64,000 nt of DNA, taken from NCBI GenBank assembly GCA_963514005.1, contig OY740782.1, forward strand, positions 135,842,001 to 135,906,000. The letters are read 5' to 3'. Both the position numbers and the translations under genes were made by a program. Under the pieces are notes generated by a model. It saw only the letters and a list, made by a program, of their open reading frames with translations, was not told the DNA's origin and did not search any database. Positions 10,200 through 21,200 of this stretch are shown here, one piece after another; position 1 is the first letter of the stretch; each line of letters starts with the position of its first letter. Source of the DNA: Raja brachyura. Lineage: Eukaryota.

Positions 10200-12086
10200 T
10201 TAACTTCACATGTTGGTGGTCACCTTCGGTGGTTTTTTGGGTGCATGAGGTAATTTCACTGGTGACGAGTATGTGTTGCAGAATATTCAGGGGCATAAAA
10301 TTGAGTTTATTAATGGCGACATTCCTCCATCCCAGCACATGCCCGCTCGAACATTTAAAATTATCTGCTGCAGAACAGGCAGCCGGCTATAAGGAATTGT
10401 TAAGTCTTGAGCAAAGGAGTGATTAAGAGAGTGGTGCATGAGCCAGTTGAATTTGTTTCGAACATATTCACCAGACCTAAGAAGGATGGAAGTTGTCGTG
10501 TCATTATTGATCTAACCCGTTTGAATACTTTTGTAACATATTCTCATTTTAAAATGGATACGATGAAACAACCAAATCATTGATTTCTCATGGTTGTTTT
10601 ATGGCATGCATCGGTTTAAAAGACGCATATTATTCCGTATCCGTCCAGAAATGTGACAGAAGGTTTTAAAAATTCATCTGGATGGGGCAACTCTGGCAGT
10701 ACAAGGCTTTGCCTAATGAGCTCACCACAGCCCTAGATTGTTCACTAAATTAGTGAAGCCAATTATGGCTTATTTGAGACAACGACACCATATAGTATGG
10801 CCTATTTAGATGATGTCTTAATTGTGGGCCACACCCTGGAATTGGCTGAACAGGGTGTTGCAGCTGCTGTCAATATATTTCAACAATTGGGGTTTATTGT
10901 CCATCCAGAGAAATCAAAGTTCTACCCTGCCCAGGTGATTAATTACCTAGGGTTCACGGTGAACTCTATAAGCATGAGGGTTACCATTCCAATTAACAAG
11001 ATTGAGGAGGTTACCCAGGTGTGTCAAGATTTAATCCGCACCAATATACCATCGATTCGGCACTTAGCTACAATAATTGGGAAGCTGGTAGCTTTGTTTT
11101 CGGCAGCGCGATATGGACCTTTGCATTATCAGAATTTGCAAAGAGCTAAAATTGCTGCGTTAAAACAGAACGCTGGTTATTATGATCGGTCCATGCAGCT
11201 GCCGCCCGAAGCGATAAATGAGTTGCAATGGTGGGTGTGTCACATTAGCAACTCATTCAAGCCTATTAGGGAGGCTAATCCGGTGGTATATTTGCAAACT
11301 GATGCAAGCTCCAATGGTTGGGGATCCACGAATAATTGCTCTAGTTGTGGTGGCAGATGGGACACCCTTGAATCAACGATGTTGTTAACTCAAGGGATTA
11401 ACTATTTGGAGTTGCTGGCAGCATTCCACGGACTTCGTGCGTATTGTTCTAAGCTTGTTGGAGCACATGTCCGTCTCCAAATAGACAACACCACAGCAGT
11501 AGCATATTTAAACCATATGGGTGGTACCAGGCCTGTTTCGTGTGACAAATTGGCAAACTCAATTTGGCTCTGGTGTGTTCAAAGAGACATTTGGATTTCA
11601 GCTACCTATTTGCCAGGTGAGCTTAATACTGTGGCGGACACCAGGTCACGCAAATTTAATGACAACATTGAATGGATGTTGCATCCTGAGATCTTTTCTA
11701 AAGTCACAGCCAAATTTGGTAAACCGGACATTGACCTCTTTGCGTCACGGTGGAACCATCAGGTACCAACCTACGTTTCATGGGAACCAGATCCTGGGGC
11801 AATAGCGCTAGATGCATTCTCGCTGGACTGGGGGAAGTGGTTTTTCTATGCCTTCCCCCCATTTTGCCTCATCAGTCGGGTATTGGGAAAGATTCAGGCA
11901 GATGCTGCCAAGGGCATCCTTATTATACCCGACTGGCCCACACAGCCTTGGTATCCGGTGGTCTTTGACATGCTCAACGAACCTTGGGTCCTTTTGAAGG
12001 GTTGCCCACAATTGGTTACTCACCCTGTCTCAGGGGAGCCGCATCCCTGCCATGGCTATTTAAATTTGTTGGCTTGCAGGTTCTGA
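10200..12086 (+). pseudogene. DIRS pol: reverse transcriptase, RNase H and methyltransferase-like domain (5' part broken; open 10797-12086)
   Basis: RT: YLDD, INYLGF. RNase H: QTDASSNGWG, INYLELLA, QIDNTTAVAYLNHMGG, PGELNTVADTRSR. MT-like: DIDLFASRWN...DAFSLDW...YAFPPF. Upstream RT motifs (FVSNIFTRPKKDGSCRVIIDL, LKDAYYSV) are interrupted by stops and frameshifts. Confidence 0.92.
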
Positions 12087-13063
12087 ACAGGCCGTTAGTC
12101 CAATACGGCCTCTCGGCTCGGACCATGGATACCACCGGGGCGTCGTGTCGAGAGTCTACAAGGCGAAGATACCGCTCGCATATTAAGAAGTGGGAAGCCT
12201 ACTGCAGCCGCTCTCGCATCACGTACGATGACGTGACAACAACCGACGTCCTGGAATTCCTCGCGGGGTTGCACCATGATGAACACTTAAGTTACAGTGC
12301 CATCAACAGCGCCAGAAGTGCGCTATCATTCTAGCTCAGTTTGGAGGTAGGATCCAACAGGCTAGTGTCCAGACTCATGCGGGGTATATTCAATATGAAT
12401 CCGCCTACACCACGCTATAATATCACCTGGGATGTCAGGGACGTATTAACCCTGCTCAGGACGTGGTCACCCATGGAAGGGCTCCAACTGGACCAACGCA
12501 CCATGAAGCTGGTGATGTTACTAGCGCTGACTTCAGCTCAGAGGGTACAGACACTACACAAACTTCGTGTCGACAGAATGACGTCTACCCCCACAGAAGT
12601 AGTCTTTTTCATTGACGAGCTACTAAAGCAGCATAGACCTGGGTGCACAGGGCTGCAGCTGAAGTTCCCGGCATACCCCGCAGATGCTAGGCTATGTGTA
12701 GCCTCACATATCCGCCACTATGTCAAGGTGACGGCACGCATCAGAGGAATGGAGCGATACCTGCTTGTCACTCATAAGAGACCTCATCATCGAGTGACAG
12801 TCCAGACGCTATCCATGTGGCTTCCAGTCGTTTTGGGTAAGTCAGGTATCGACACTAATGTGTTCAAGTCTCTTTCCAACAGGGCTGCATCGACGTCAAC
12901 GGCGAGGGTCATGGAGGTGCCCATGGACAAAATTCTCGCCACAGCAGGATGGGCTAATGAAGCTGTGTTCCAGCGTTTTTATAACAAGCCTGTTGCTGCT
13001 CCTCTACGGTTTACAGAAGCCGTGCTGAATGCAGGTCACGAACGTGGAGATGTCCCCGCATGA
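11984..13063 (+). pseudogene. DIRS tyrosine recombinase (in-frame stop at 12332-12334)
   Basis: LSYSAINSARSALS, RLMRGIFNMNPPTPRY..TWDV, LALTSAQRVQTL (catalytic R), KSLSNRAAST (degenerate HSTR), AGW, FQRFY (catalytic Y). Confidence 0.9.
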
Positions 13064-14205
13064 GGGGTTTTGATTTGTTATTAATAACTCTGCTCTTGTT
13101 TTGCAGTATGAACTATTGAGCAAGTTTGTTCCTCCCATCCATCCCTGGTAGTGGTGTGTCAGCATGGACGTGGTCCAGGGCGTGTAATCACAGAAGCTTT
13201 GAAGTCTTCACGAAGTCACTCACGTGACTCCGAAATGAAATAGTAAGATTGAACGAGAACTTACCAGTTCGAAGGTTGATCTTTATTTTATGAGGAGTCG
13301 AAGTGAGGGATTTCGTGCCCTCCTCGCCCAACCCTCAATCACCTTCATCTGGTAATCTTAGTCACTTCAATCTTACTATGCGAAGTCATTTCTTTGTTGG
13401 TTTCTGTGATTCCACGCCGCTACTTTGAAGTATGTCGAGCATGCGCGCCGGCGGGCTCTTCACGAAATCCCTCACTTCGACTCCTCATAAAATAAAGATC
13501 AACCTTCGAACTGGTAAGTTCTCGTTCAATCTTACTATTCTCTGCCACAGAAGGTAGTTGAGGCCAGTTCATTGGCTATATTTAAGAGGGAGTTAGATGT
13601 GGCCCTTGTGGCCAAAGGGATCAGGGGGTATGGAGAGAAGGCAGGTACAGGATACTGAGTTGGATGATCAGCCATATTGAATGGCGGTGCAGGCTCGAAG
13701 GGCCGAATGGCCTACTCCTGCACCTATTTTCTATGTTTCTATGTTTCTATCTTAGGTTTACTCCCACACTCCAAAGATGTACAGGTTTGGAGGTTAGTTG
13801 GCTTGGTATAAATGGAAAAATTGTCCCGAATGTGTGTAGTAAGGTAGTGTTAATGTGTTGGGGTCGCTGGTCGGTGCAGATATGGTGGGCTTAAGGGCTT
13901 GTTTTCACTCTGTATCTCTAAAACTAAAACTGCTGTTTGAGTCAATGTGCTGACCTCTTGCCCTCTATGTATTGGATGTCTCTGATGCCACTGTTGATGG
14001 AAACTCTTAATTTAGGGATCTCCTTCCCAGCCATGGATTGCCAATAAAAGTTGCTTCTTGTTAGGCAATGTCAATCTGTAAATTAATCATCGCCACTCCA
14101 GCCCATTTTAAAGGCGATAAGGGGAATTAATGCTGCAATATTGCATGTCCAGAACTTGACATATTTAAACCCCTTAAGAATTAAGATGTTGCTGATTCTT
14201 TTACA

Positions 14206-15115
14206 AGGGCGGCACAGCGGCAGTATTCTTGCTGCCTTAAGGGCCTGTCCTACCAGCATCCGACTCCATGCGATGAGCACGATCAAACTAGAAGCGGGGG
14301 CCGTGTGGAGGTCGGGTGATCCCCTGTACAGGGCCGTTACCACCAGCATGCGCCTGCATGCGGCAAGCGCGACCAAACCGGCAGCGAGGGCCGTGCGGAG
14401 GTCGGGTGAGTGGCGCAACGCGGCGCAAAGTGAGGCAAACTTGGAGCAAAGTCTTAAGGTAAGTTCGCCAGGACAGAGAGGGGCACACAGAGAGGGGCAC
14501 AGAGGCACACACACAGAGGGCCACGGAGCCACACACAAAGAGGGTCACGGAGGCACCTACAGATAGGTTCACGGAGGCACGATGTCGAGGCGGTGTGTAA
14601 TGCGTCGAGGCGACTGCGAGCCGCGCGGAATTTTTGAACATAGTCAGTTCTTCGGAGCCCCGCGCGATGTCGGGACGAACTCCGCACAATTCCGCACGGC
14701 TCCGGCAATTGAAGTGGGACCGGCCCCGCGACGCCGGACGGCTCAAGCGACAACGTTAGGTCGCGCTCATCGCATGGAGTCGGATGCTGGTAGGACAGGC
14801 CCTTTACAGTGCCAGAGATTCCCTCAGTGCCTTTCTAATGTGACATACTATTTCCAGTGCCAGAGACCCAGGTACGATCCTGACTATGGGTGCTGTCTGC
14901 ACTGTTGTTTATGTTCTCCCTGAGACCGTGGGCGGTTTCTCTGGGTGCTCCGGTTTCCACACACATTCCAAAAACATGCTGGTTGTAGATTAATTGGTTG
15001 ACCTCTGAAAATGGACTCTAGGGTGTAGGTTAGAACTGGTGTATGGATGATCGTAAGTCGTAGGATTTGGTGAACCCAAGGACCTGTTTCCAAATTGTAT
15101 CTCTAAACTAAACTA
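14206..15115 (+). mobile_element. V-SINE (HE1-like) interrupted by a Harbinger MITE
   Basis: GGGCGGCACAGCGG...TGCTGCC|TTA|CAGTGCCAGAGA, then V-domain and CTAAACTAAACTAA tail. Confidence 0.75.
14240..14803. mobile_element. PIF/Harbinger MITE, family A
   Basis: TIRs AGGGCCTGTCCTACCAGCATCCGACTCCATGCGATGAGC / reverse complement; 3-bp TSD TTA (14237-39, 14804-06); internally homologous to 50701-51189. Confidence 0.88.
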
Positions 15116-15739
15116 ATAATCTAAGGACTTCCATTTCATTTTCTTTCTAAACTCCTTAAATCCACCTCTGGTCATTCAGTAATAGTCCCACGTTTAATGG
15201 AGGAGAGAAGGCAACCAGACTGGAAATAATATGTCACATTAGAAAGGCACTGAGGGAATCCAGTATGGTTGGAGGGGATGAAATATTAAACCACTCCCTG
15301 CACTCACTCCCTGAGATGTACGGAAAAGATCCCCCAAAAAAAATCAGTAGTGCACTCCAGCAGTTCTCTGGACAATGTCTCTCCTTCAACCAAAACCGCA
15401 CAATAAAAAAAAGGACTGTTGTTCTGGATATTTTTATATTGTTGCCTATGTGACTTGTTACAATAAATGATGTGACCATAATTCAAAGGATCAACTCAAA
15501 GGTCTGCTCTCCTGCCACGTCCAGTTATGAATAGCAGAGGACAATTAAATAAGTAAAGGGATGATAAGACTTCAAGAACGTACACATCCACAACGCAGAT
15601 AAGGTGTGGCAAGTGGGTAGCAAAGACAATATTAAAGCATTTCCAAACATTAAGTCGAGCGATAGCTTTTGATATTAATTCCTTCAAAGGTAGCAGTGTT
15701 AAGATGTCTGATTCACTCCAAACGATTTACAAGCACACA

Positions 15740-16190
15740 GCATTTCAAGTGCAAAGGGTGCAGACTCCAATAATGTCCTGGCTGTGCTGCCCAGAACTAG
15801 CCTCCGGATGAACTGCCCCTATATAATTACATTGGCGTCTATCCAAAACCGTGAAAAATTCCTGCAGAATGTCCTGTCCACAAAAGCAGGGAAAATCTAT
15901 CCGGCCAATTACTGCCTCATCACCCTACTCTCAATCATCGCCAAAGTGATGGAAAGCATTGTCGACAGTTCTATCAAGCAGGACCTGCTCATCAATAACT
16001 TGTTCACTAATGCTTAGTTTGGGTTCGACAACAACTACTTACTCCAGACCTCATTACAGCCTCAGTTTAAATGTGAGCATGAGCTGAATTCTCAAAGGTG
16101 GGTTGACACCAAGGACGCATTTGACTGAACGTGGCATCGAGTGCTATTAAAACGGAAGTCTGTGAATCGGAGGACAAATTCTGCATGGGC
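15740..16190 (+). pseudogene. Old CR1/L2-group LINE RT fragment
   Basis: PANYCLITLLSIIAKVMESIVDSSIKQDLLINNLFTNA*FGF...PDLITA...AFD*TWH-like RT N-terminal motifs with stops. Confidence 0.65.
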
Positions 16191-16280
16191 TGAAAAAGTA
16201 CCAAGTATACAGGAGCACGATAGCACTCGAGGGAGACGAACCATCAACGCCACAATTTGTTTTGTCCTGACCAACAACAG

Positions 16281-16598
16281 TTTAGGTTAGTTTAGTTTAG
16301 TTTAGAGTAGCAGTGCGGAAACAGGCCTTTCAGTCCATCGGGTCAGTGCCAACCAGCGACCCCCCGCATATTAACACTATTTCACACACACTAAGGACAA
16401 TTTTTACATTTTTACCAAGGCAATTTACCTACATACCTGTACATCTTTGGAGTGTGTGAGGAAACCAAAGATCACCCAACCCAAGCAGTCACGGGGAGAA
16501 GGTACAAACTCCGTACAGACAACACCTGTAGTCGGGATCAAACCCGGGTCTCCGGCACTATAATGCAGCAACTCTACCCCTGTGCCACGGTGCCACCC
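16281..16598 (-). mobile_element. V-SINE (HE1-like), near full length
   Basis: (TTTAG)n tail at left, V-domain, B-box CCCGGGTTTGATCCC, head GGGTGGCACCGTGGCAC at right. Confidence 0.8.
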
Positions 16599-17084
16599 TA
16601 TGTGATGTGTAGCAAGGAACTGCAGATGCAGGTTTAAACCGAAGATAGACAAAACCCTGTCCCGAACAGCTATGTGATACTGAGGTCATAAGACAGGTGG
16701 GGGGGGAGCTTGTAATTCATTTATTGTTCAGTTTCATTCACGGCTCCTTAGACAATAAACGATTCCCTGCCATTACAGTAGAACAGAACAACATTGTTCA
16801 TAAGTATGGAGTAACTATTTCCTACTGACATTCAAGGACATTATCATCACTGAGTTCCCTCACCAGCAACATCCCATAGGTCACCATTAACTATAAATTT
16901 AACCTGATACATAAGTGCAGTGGCTGCAAGTACATGTCTCGAACAAAATATTTTGCGGCAAGCAGCACCTCTTTCGATTGCCCAAATGTTCCCCTATTAA
17001 TAGGGACATCAGACGTATGATAGAACGTTCTGCATTTCCTTGGATGAGTCGAACTCCAGCAACACTTAAAAACACTTAGGACTG

Positions 17085-17303
17085 TTATGGGGAAAAAAAA
17101 AATCATCCAGCGAGTTGTGAATCTGTGGAATTCTCTGCCACAGAAGACAGTGGAGGCCAATTCACTGGATGTTTTCAAGAGAGAGTTAGATTTAACTTGG
17201 GGGTAAAGGAATCAAGGGATATGGGGAACAAGCAGCAACCGGATACTGATTTTAGATGATCAGCCGAATGGCCTTCTCCTGCACCTATTTGTTTATGTTT
17301 CTA
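17085..17303 (+). mobile_element. CR1 3' fragment
   Basis: RVVNLWNSLPQKTVEANSLDVFKRELD, then a GCCGAATGGCCT...CCTGCACCTATTT tail. Confidence 0.75.
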
Positions 17304-17558
17304 AGCACATTTGTGTCTTTTTTTAGCAGATACAAGAGCATTTAATTGTTTATTTGTTCAGTTGCTCATATGTACTGGCAACAGAACAATGAATCTTACT
17401 TACAACTCCTTAACAGGCCCATAAATGCAACACACCCCAGTAAACATAATAATAAAAAATATGATAAACGCGGTCACGGGGAGAACGTACAAACTCCATA
17501 CAGACAGCACCCGTAGTCGGGATCAAACCTGTGTTCTCTGGCGCTGTAAGCACTGTAA

Positions 17559-18143
17559 AGAGCCTGTCCCACTCGGGCGTCATTTGTGCATCATTTACGC
17601 GACAGGCCGGTAGTGACTGTCGCGCGAAAATCATCTAGCAGTCGGCAGTCGTGTGCTAAGTGCTCTTGAGGGCCCTGCTTCTTTTGGGAACCATTTGCGA
17701 TGTCGTTCGTACTTAGTCCGATCTCCATGGCAAGGATTTTCCCAGTGAAAAATTTTCAAAACAACGCGCACTTTATACCCGGGTGGTCACATGATGCGGC
17801 GCTCAAATGACTTGCAAATGGCGCGCCGACGGCGTATGGGCGGCACATGGTTACGGACGTTGACGCACGGTGACGCTTAATAATTTAGCATAGGCAATGT
17901 TCGTGCGTCACCGTGCGTAACCATGCGCCATCACGCGCTACACGTACGCCATCAGTACATCAGCGTACGCCATGAGTATGGCAGCGTGCGCAAGGGATAC
18001 GTCACGCAGGTGGTGCGCAAGGATTTTGAGCATTCCAATACTGCGCATCACTGAATACGCCACCACAACCTCACCACGCGCCATGCGCGTGTCACAACGC
18101 GCCGTAAATGACGCACAAATGTCGCTCAAGTGGGACAGGCCCT
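17559..18143. mobile_element. PIF/Harbinger MITE, family B, inside a minus-strand V-SINE (17469-18180)
   Basis: TIRs AGAGCCTGTCCCACTCGGGCGTCATTTGTG / CACAAATGTCGCTCAAGTGGGACAGGCCCT; TSD TAA (17556-58, 18144-46); CpG-rich interior. Confidence 0.85.
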
Positions 18144-18215
18144 TAAGGCAGCAACTCTAACGCTGTGCCACCGTGCTGCCATTTTGCTGTTTGCTCAAAA
18201 AATGTGGAACTCTAC

Positions 18216-21200
18216 ATTTTATATCTAAGTCTCGTGATGAGACTACGTGAAGAACCTGCCAGCCCACATAGGCGTCAATACATCGACACATGGCGCGGGA
18301 TTCAGAGCAGTTCGAAACTGGAACTTTCAGGATGGGCCACTGCTCTGAAAATAGGTGCAGCGGGCCTGGAGAAGCTGGCACAGCCTGTGCAGCTACCGCC
18401 GTGGAGGCTCCCTTAAGTAGCAAGCAGCCGGATTCAGTAGGCTGACGGCACGGCCGGTGCAGCTACCGCCATTGAGGCTCATCTCCATTTTGGGGTCCAA
18501 GGGAGCAGGCGGCTGGTCACAGAGAGCTGACGGGTGCGGTCGTACAGACACCTCTGTTGAGGCTCAAAAAGGGAGCCAGCCAGATGCCTGAAGGAAGCAA
18601 CACCTGGTTCAGGGTTGCTTTATATTCCTCCCCTCTAGACTTCGTTGAGGCTCCAGAAGGGAGCAGGACCGGACTTGAAATCATTAGCCGGGCAACCTGT
18701 CCAGTAAGTATATAATAGAATTGTGCTCCTGGCTCAGGAAACACTTACAGGATGCTCCAGTCAGATGCCTCTGTTGAGGCTCAAAAAGGGAGCCAGCCAG
18801 ATGCCTGTGGAAGCAACACCTGGCTCAGGGTTGCGTTATATATCTCCCGCCCAGAAGCAATACCTGGCTCAGGTTAGCGTTACAATAGAAAGCAACACCT
18901 GGTTCATGGTTGCGTTATTTTATCTTGCGTTATTTTATCTAGCTCAGTAGAGAGGATTACTGGAGATTATTACAAAAGTAACTCCGACTACAGGGATATC
19001 GACAAGGAATTAGAATCCCCTGAACTTATGGGGGATATGTTGCAGTTTAATCATATGAAGGAGTTCTGGCTCTTGTCACATAATTTGCCATCCCTTCGGG
19101 GATAGGAGATCCACTGGAGGAGATCTGGCTAAGACCATCAGTGATTTAACTTCTCATCAGCTAAGGATATGCTGGATACAACTGGGAAATATGCCAGTCC
19201 AGATGAACTGCCTGACTTTGGATGTTCCAAAAGTCAATCTCACCATTTGGGATATCTCAGTGGTGATGTGTGGGCATAGAATTAAAATTTCAGGGTATCC
19301 AAAGCCTGTTCACTGATGTCATTATGGCCTTTGCAAGGACAGTAGATGGGTTCAGCTTTCGGTAGTGAAGAAGATGCATTAGCACTTCTATGTAATACGC
19401 AGTTGGAGCGAAATTGCCTTTGCAAAATGGTATAAGGCCTGAGGTAAAAAAAAATCCTAAAAATTTGCTCATTTATGCAGGGCTAGTAACATGCAGCCTG
19501 CAAAGTATCTCTTCAGAGTGGGCTCATGTTAGCAAGTTTAAGACTTGCAGGAAGAATTTTTGGTGGCTGCGGGGGTGGTAGAACCATCCTATTTGGTTAG
19601 GGCTTCAATACTCCGGCGGGCATACCACCTCTATATATAACTAACAGCAGGAATCATTACTCTGAGGCTGGTTGGAACACCAGGCCTACTCAATTCAGAC
19701 CTAGCCAGAGGCCTTTTATAGGCCAGGGCCATCGCGCTCAACTTGGTGAAGAGAATGTGTTGCGCTCTCTGGCGACTGAGATAGGTCGTTCCAGGCAGAG
19801 GACTGTGGCATCAATTCCTGGTTCAGGGTTGCTTTATGATATTTTCCACTCTGAGGGTAACTCTGACTGTGAGGAACTGACAGGGGACTCGTATTCCCAC
19901 ACTAAGTGGATGCTACGCTTCAATTCTAGTCGCATAAGGATCTGATGTATGTTCTGATTCTGTCAGACACTGGAGGTTAGTAGGTTAATGCCATCAGTTG
20001 AGGCAAAATCAAAGTTGAAAGGCTTTAACCCCAGAGAGTTTGAGACGTGTCAGGGAAGGATTCGGCTTGTACAAGGTCAGTAGAGGGTACTTCTCGGTTA
20101 TACGTAGTCTAAACTCAATTCGGCTAGGATGATATAGGCCTGAGGCTTATCCAATTTCTGCTAAATTTTCTCAAGAGAAAGAGGCTGTGATGGGCGTGGT
20201 AATACACCCTTTGTGGGTAGACCCGTTTACCTGCATACATTTCACCTCTACGTAGTGAGTGACAGATACCGCTCCACGGAGGCTGGTTGGAGCACCAGGC
20301 CTACACTACTATCGAGGGCTTTTACTCACAAGTTCAGCGCTCACCATGGTTGCTGTACTATCCTCATACTCAGTACTGTCCCCAGCGGTTCAGGATGCCT
20401 GTGCAAGGAGATAAGAGCAAAATCTAGGATCATCTGTCTATTAGTCTTCTGCCTGAGGCCAAATTTTTTGGTGGTGTCAGGTATTGCTGGATCTTCGTGG
20501 TAGGGGGTGATATCATCTTTTGTCTATTATTCTATATGCAGGCTTGGTGGTTTTTATAGCAAAGGCTTTCTCAGACACTGCCTAGATCACATCTACAGTC
20601 ACCATCTGTCTTGTCATGGACAGCAAAGCAACAATGAGGCGAAGTTTGTTGAGAATGGGAACGTTATTACATCCGACGCATGAGATGTGCTGTCGGTATT
20701 CAAGTCAGCGATAGGTAAGACGGTTCGACAAATAGGTCGCGACAGATAACCTCCGAATTTTCCATTTCACAAATCATAAACGGTTAAAAGTTTCAGTTTT
20801 CTGGTTAAACATAGAAACATAGAAAATAGGTGCAGGAAGAGGCCATTCGGCCCTTTGCGCCAGCACCGCCATTCATTGTGATCATGGCTGATCGTCCCCA
20901 ATCAATAACCCGTGCCTGCCTTCTCCCCATATCCCTTGATTCCATCCCTAGAGCTCCATCTAACTCTCTCTTAAATTCATCCAGTGATTTGGCCTCCACT
21001 GCCCTCTGTGGAAGGGAATCCCACAAATTCACAACTCTTTGGGTGAAAACGTTTTTTCACACCCCAGTCTTAAATGGCCTCCCCTTTATTCTAAGACTGT
21101 GGCCCCTGGTTCTGGTCTCGCCCAACATTGGGAACATTTTTCCTGCATCTAGCTTGCCCAGTCCTTCTATAATTTTGATATGTTTCTATAAGATCACCCC

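Larger units (their letters stand above)
8393..13539 (+). mobile_element. DIRS1-type tyrosine-recombinase retrotransposon, full length, coding-defective
   Basis: Left ITR 8393-8455, right ITR ~13431-13466 plus extension to 13539. The ICR at 13205-13317 is complementary to the left end joined to the right end. Gene order gag, RT-RNaseH-MT, YR. Confidence 0.95.
8021..13931 (+). mobile_element. V-SINE split by a CR1 3' fragment (8160-8392 + 13540-13750), itself split by a DIRS element
   Basis: SINE head and V-domain at 8021-8157 resume at ~13755 (ggtttactcccacactccaaagatgtacagg) and run to the ctaaaactaaaa tail. CR1 sequence gtggtgagtctctg(c)aat|tctctgccacagaagg is contiguous across the DIRS insertion. 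Confidence 0.8.

Noticed and set aside
10797-13063. RT + methylase + recombinase as a bacterial or phage defence system, or contamination
   Set aside because: Domain order and ITR/ICR termini are those of eukaryotic DIRS1 retrotransposons, and the element is cleanly integrated in a host CR1.
14083-14923. Multiple 100-150 aa ORFs (also at 50671-51192)
   Set aside because: They fall within GC-rich MITE interiors, with no transposase or Myb motifs.
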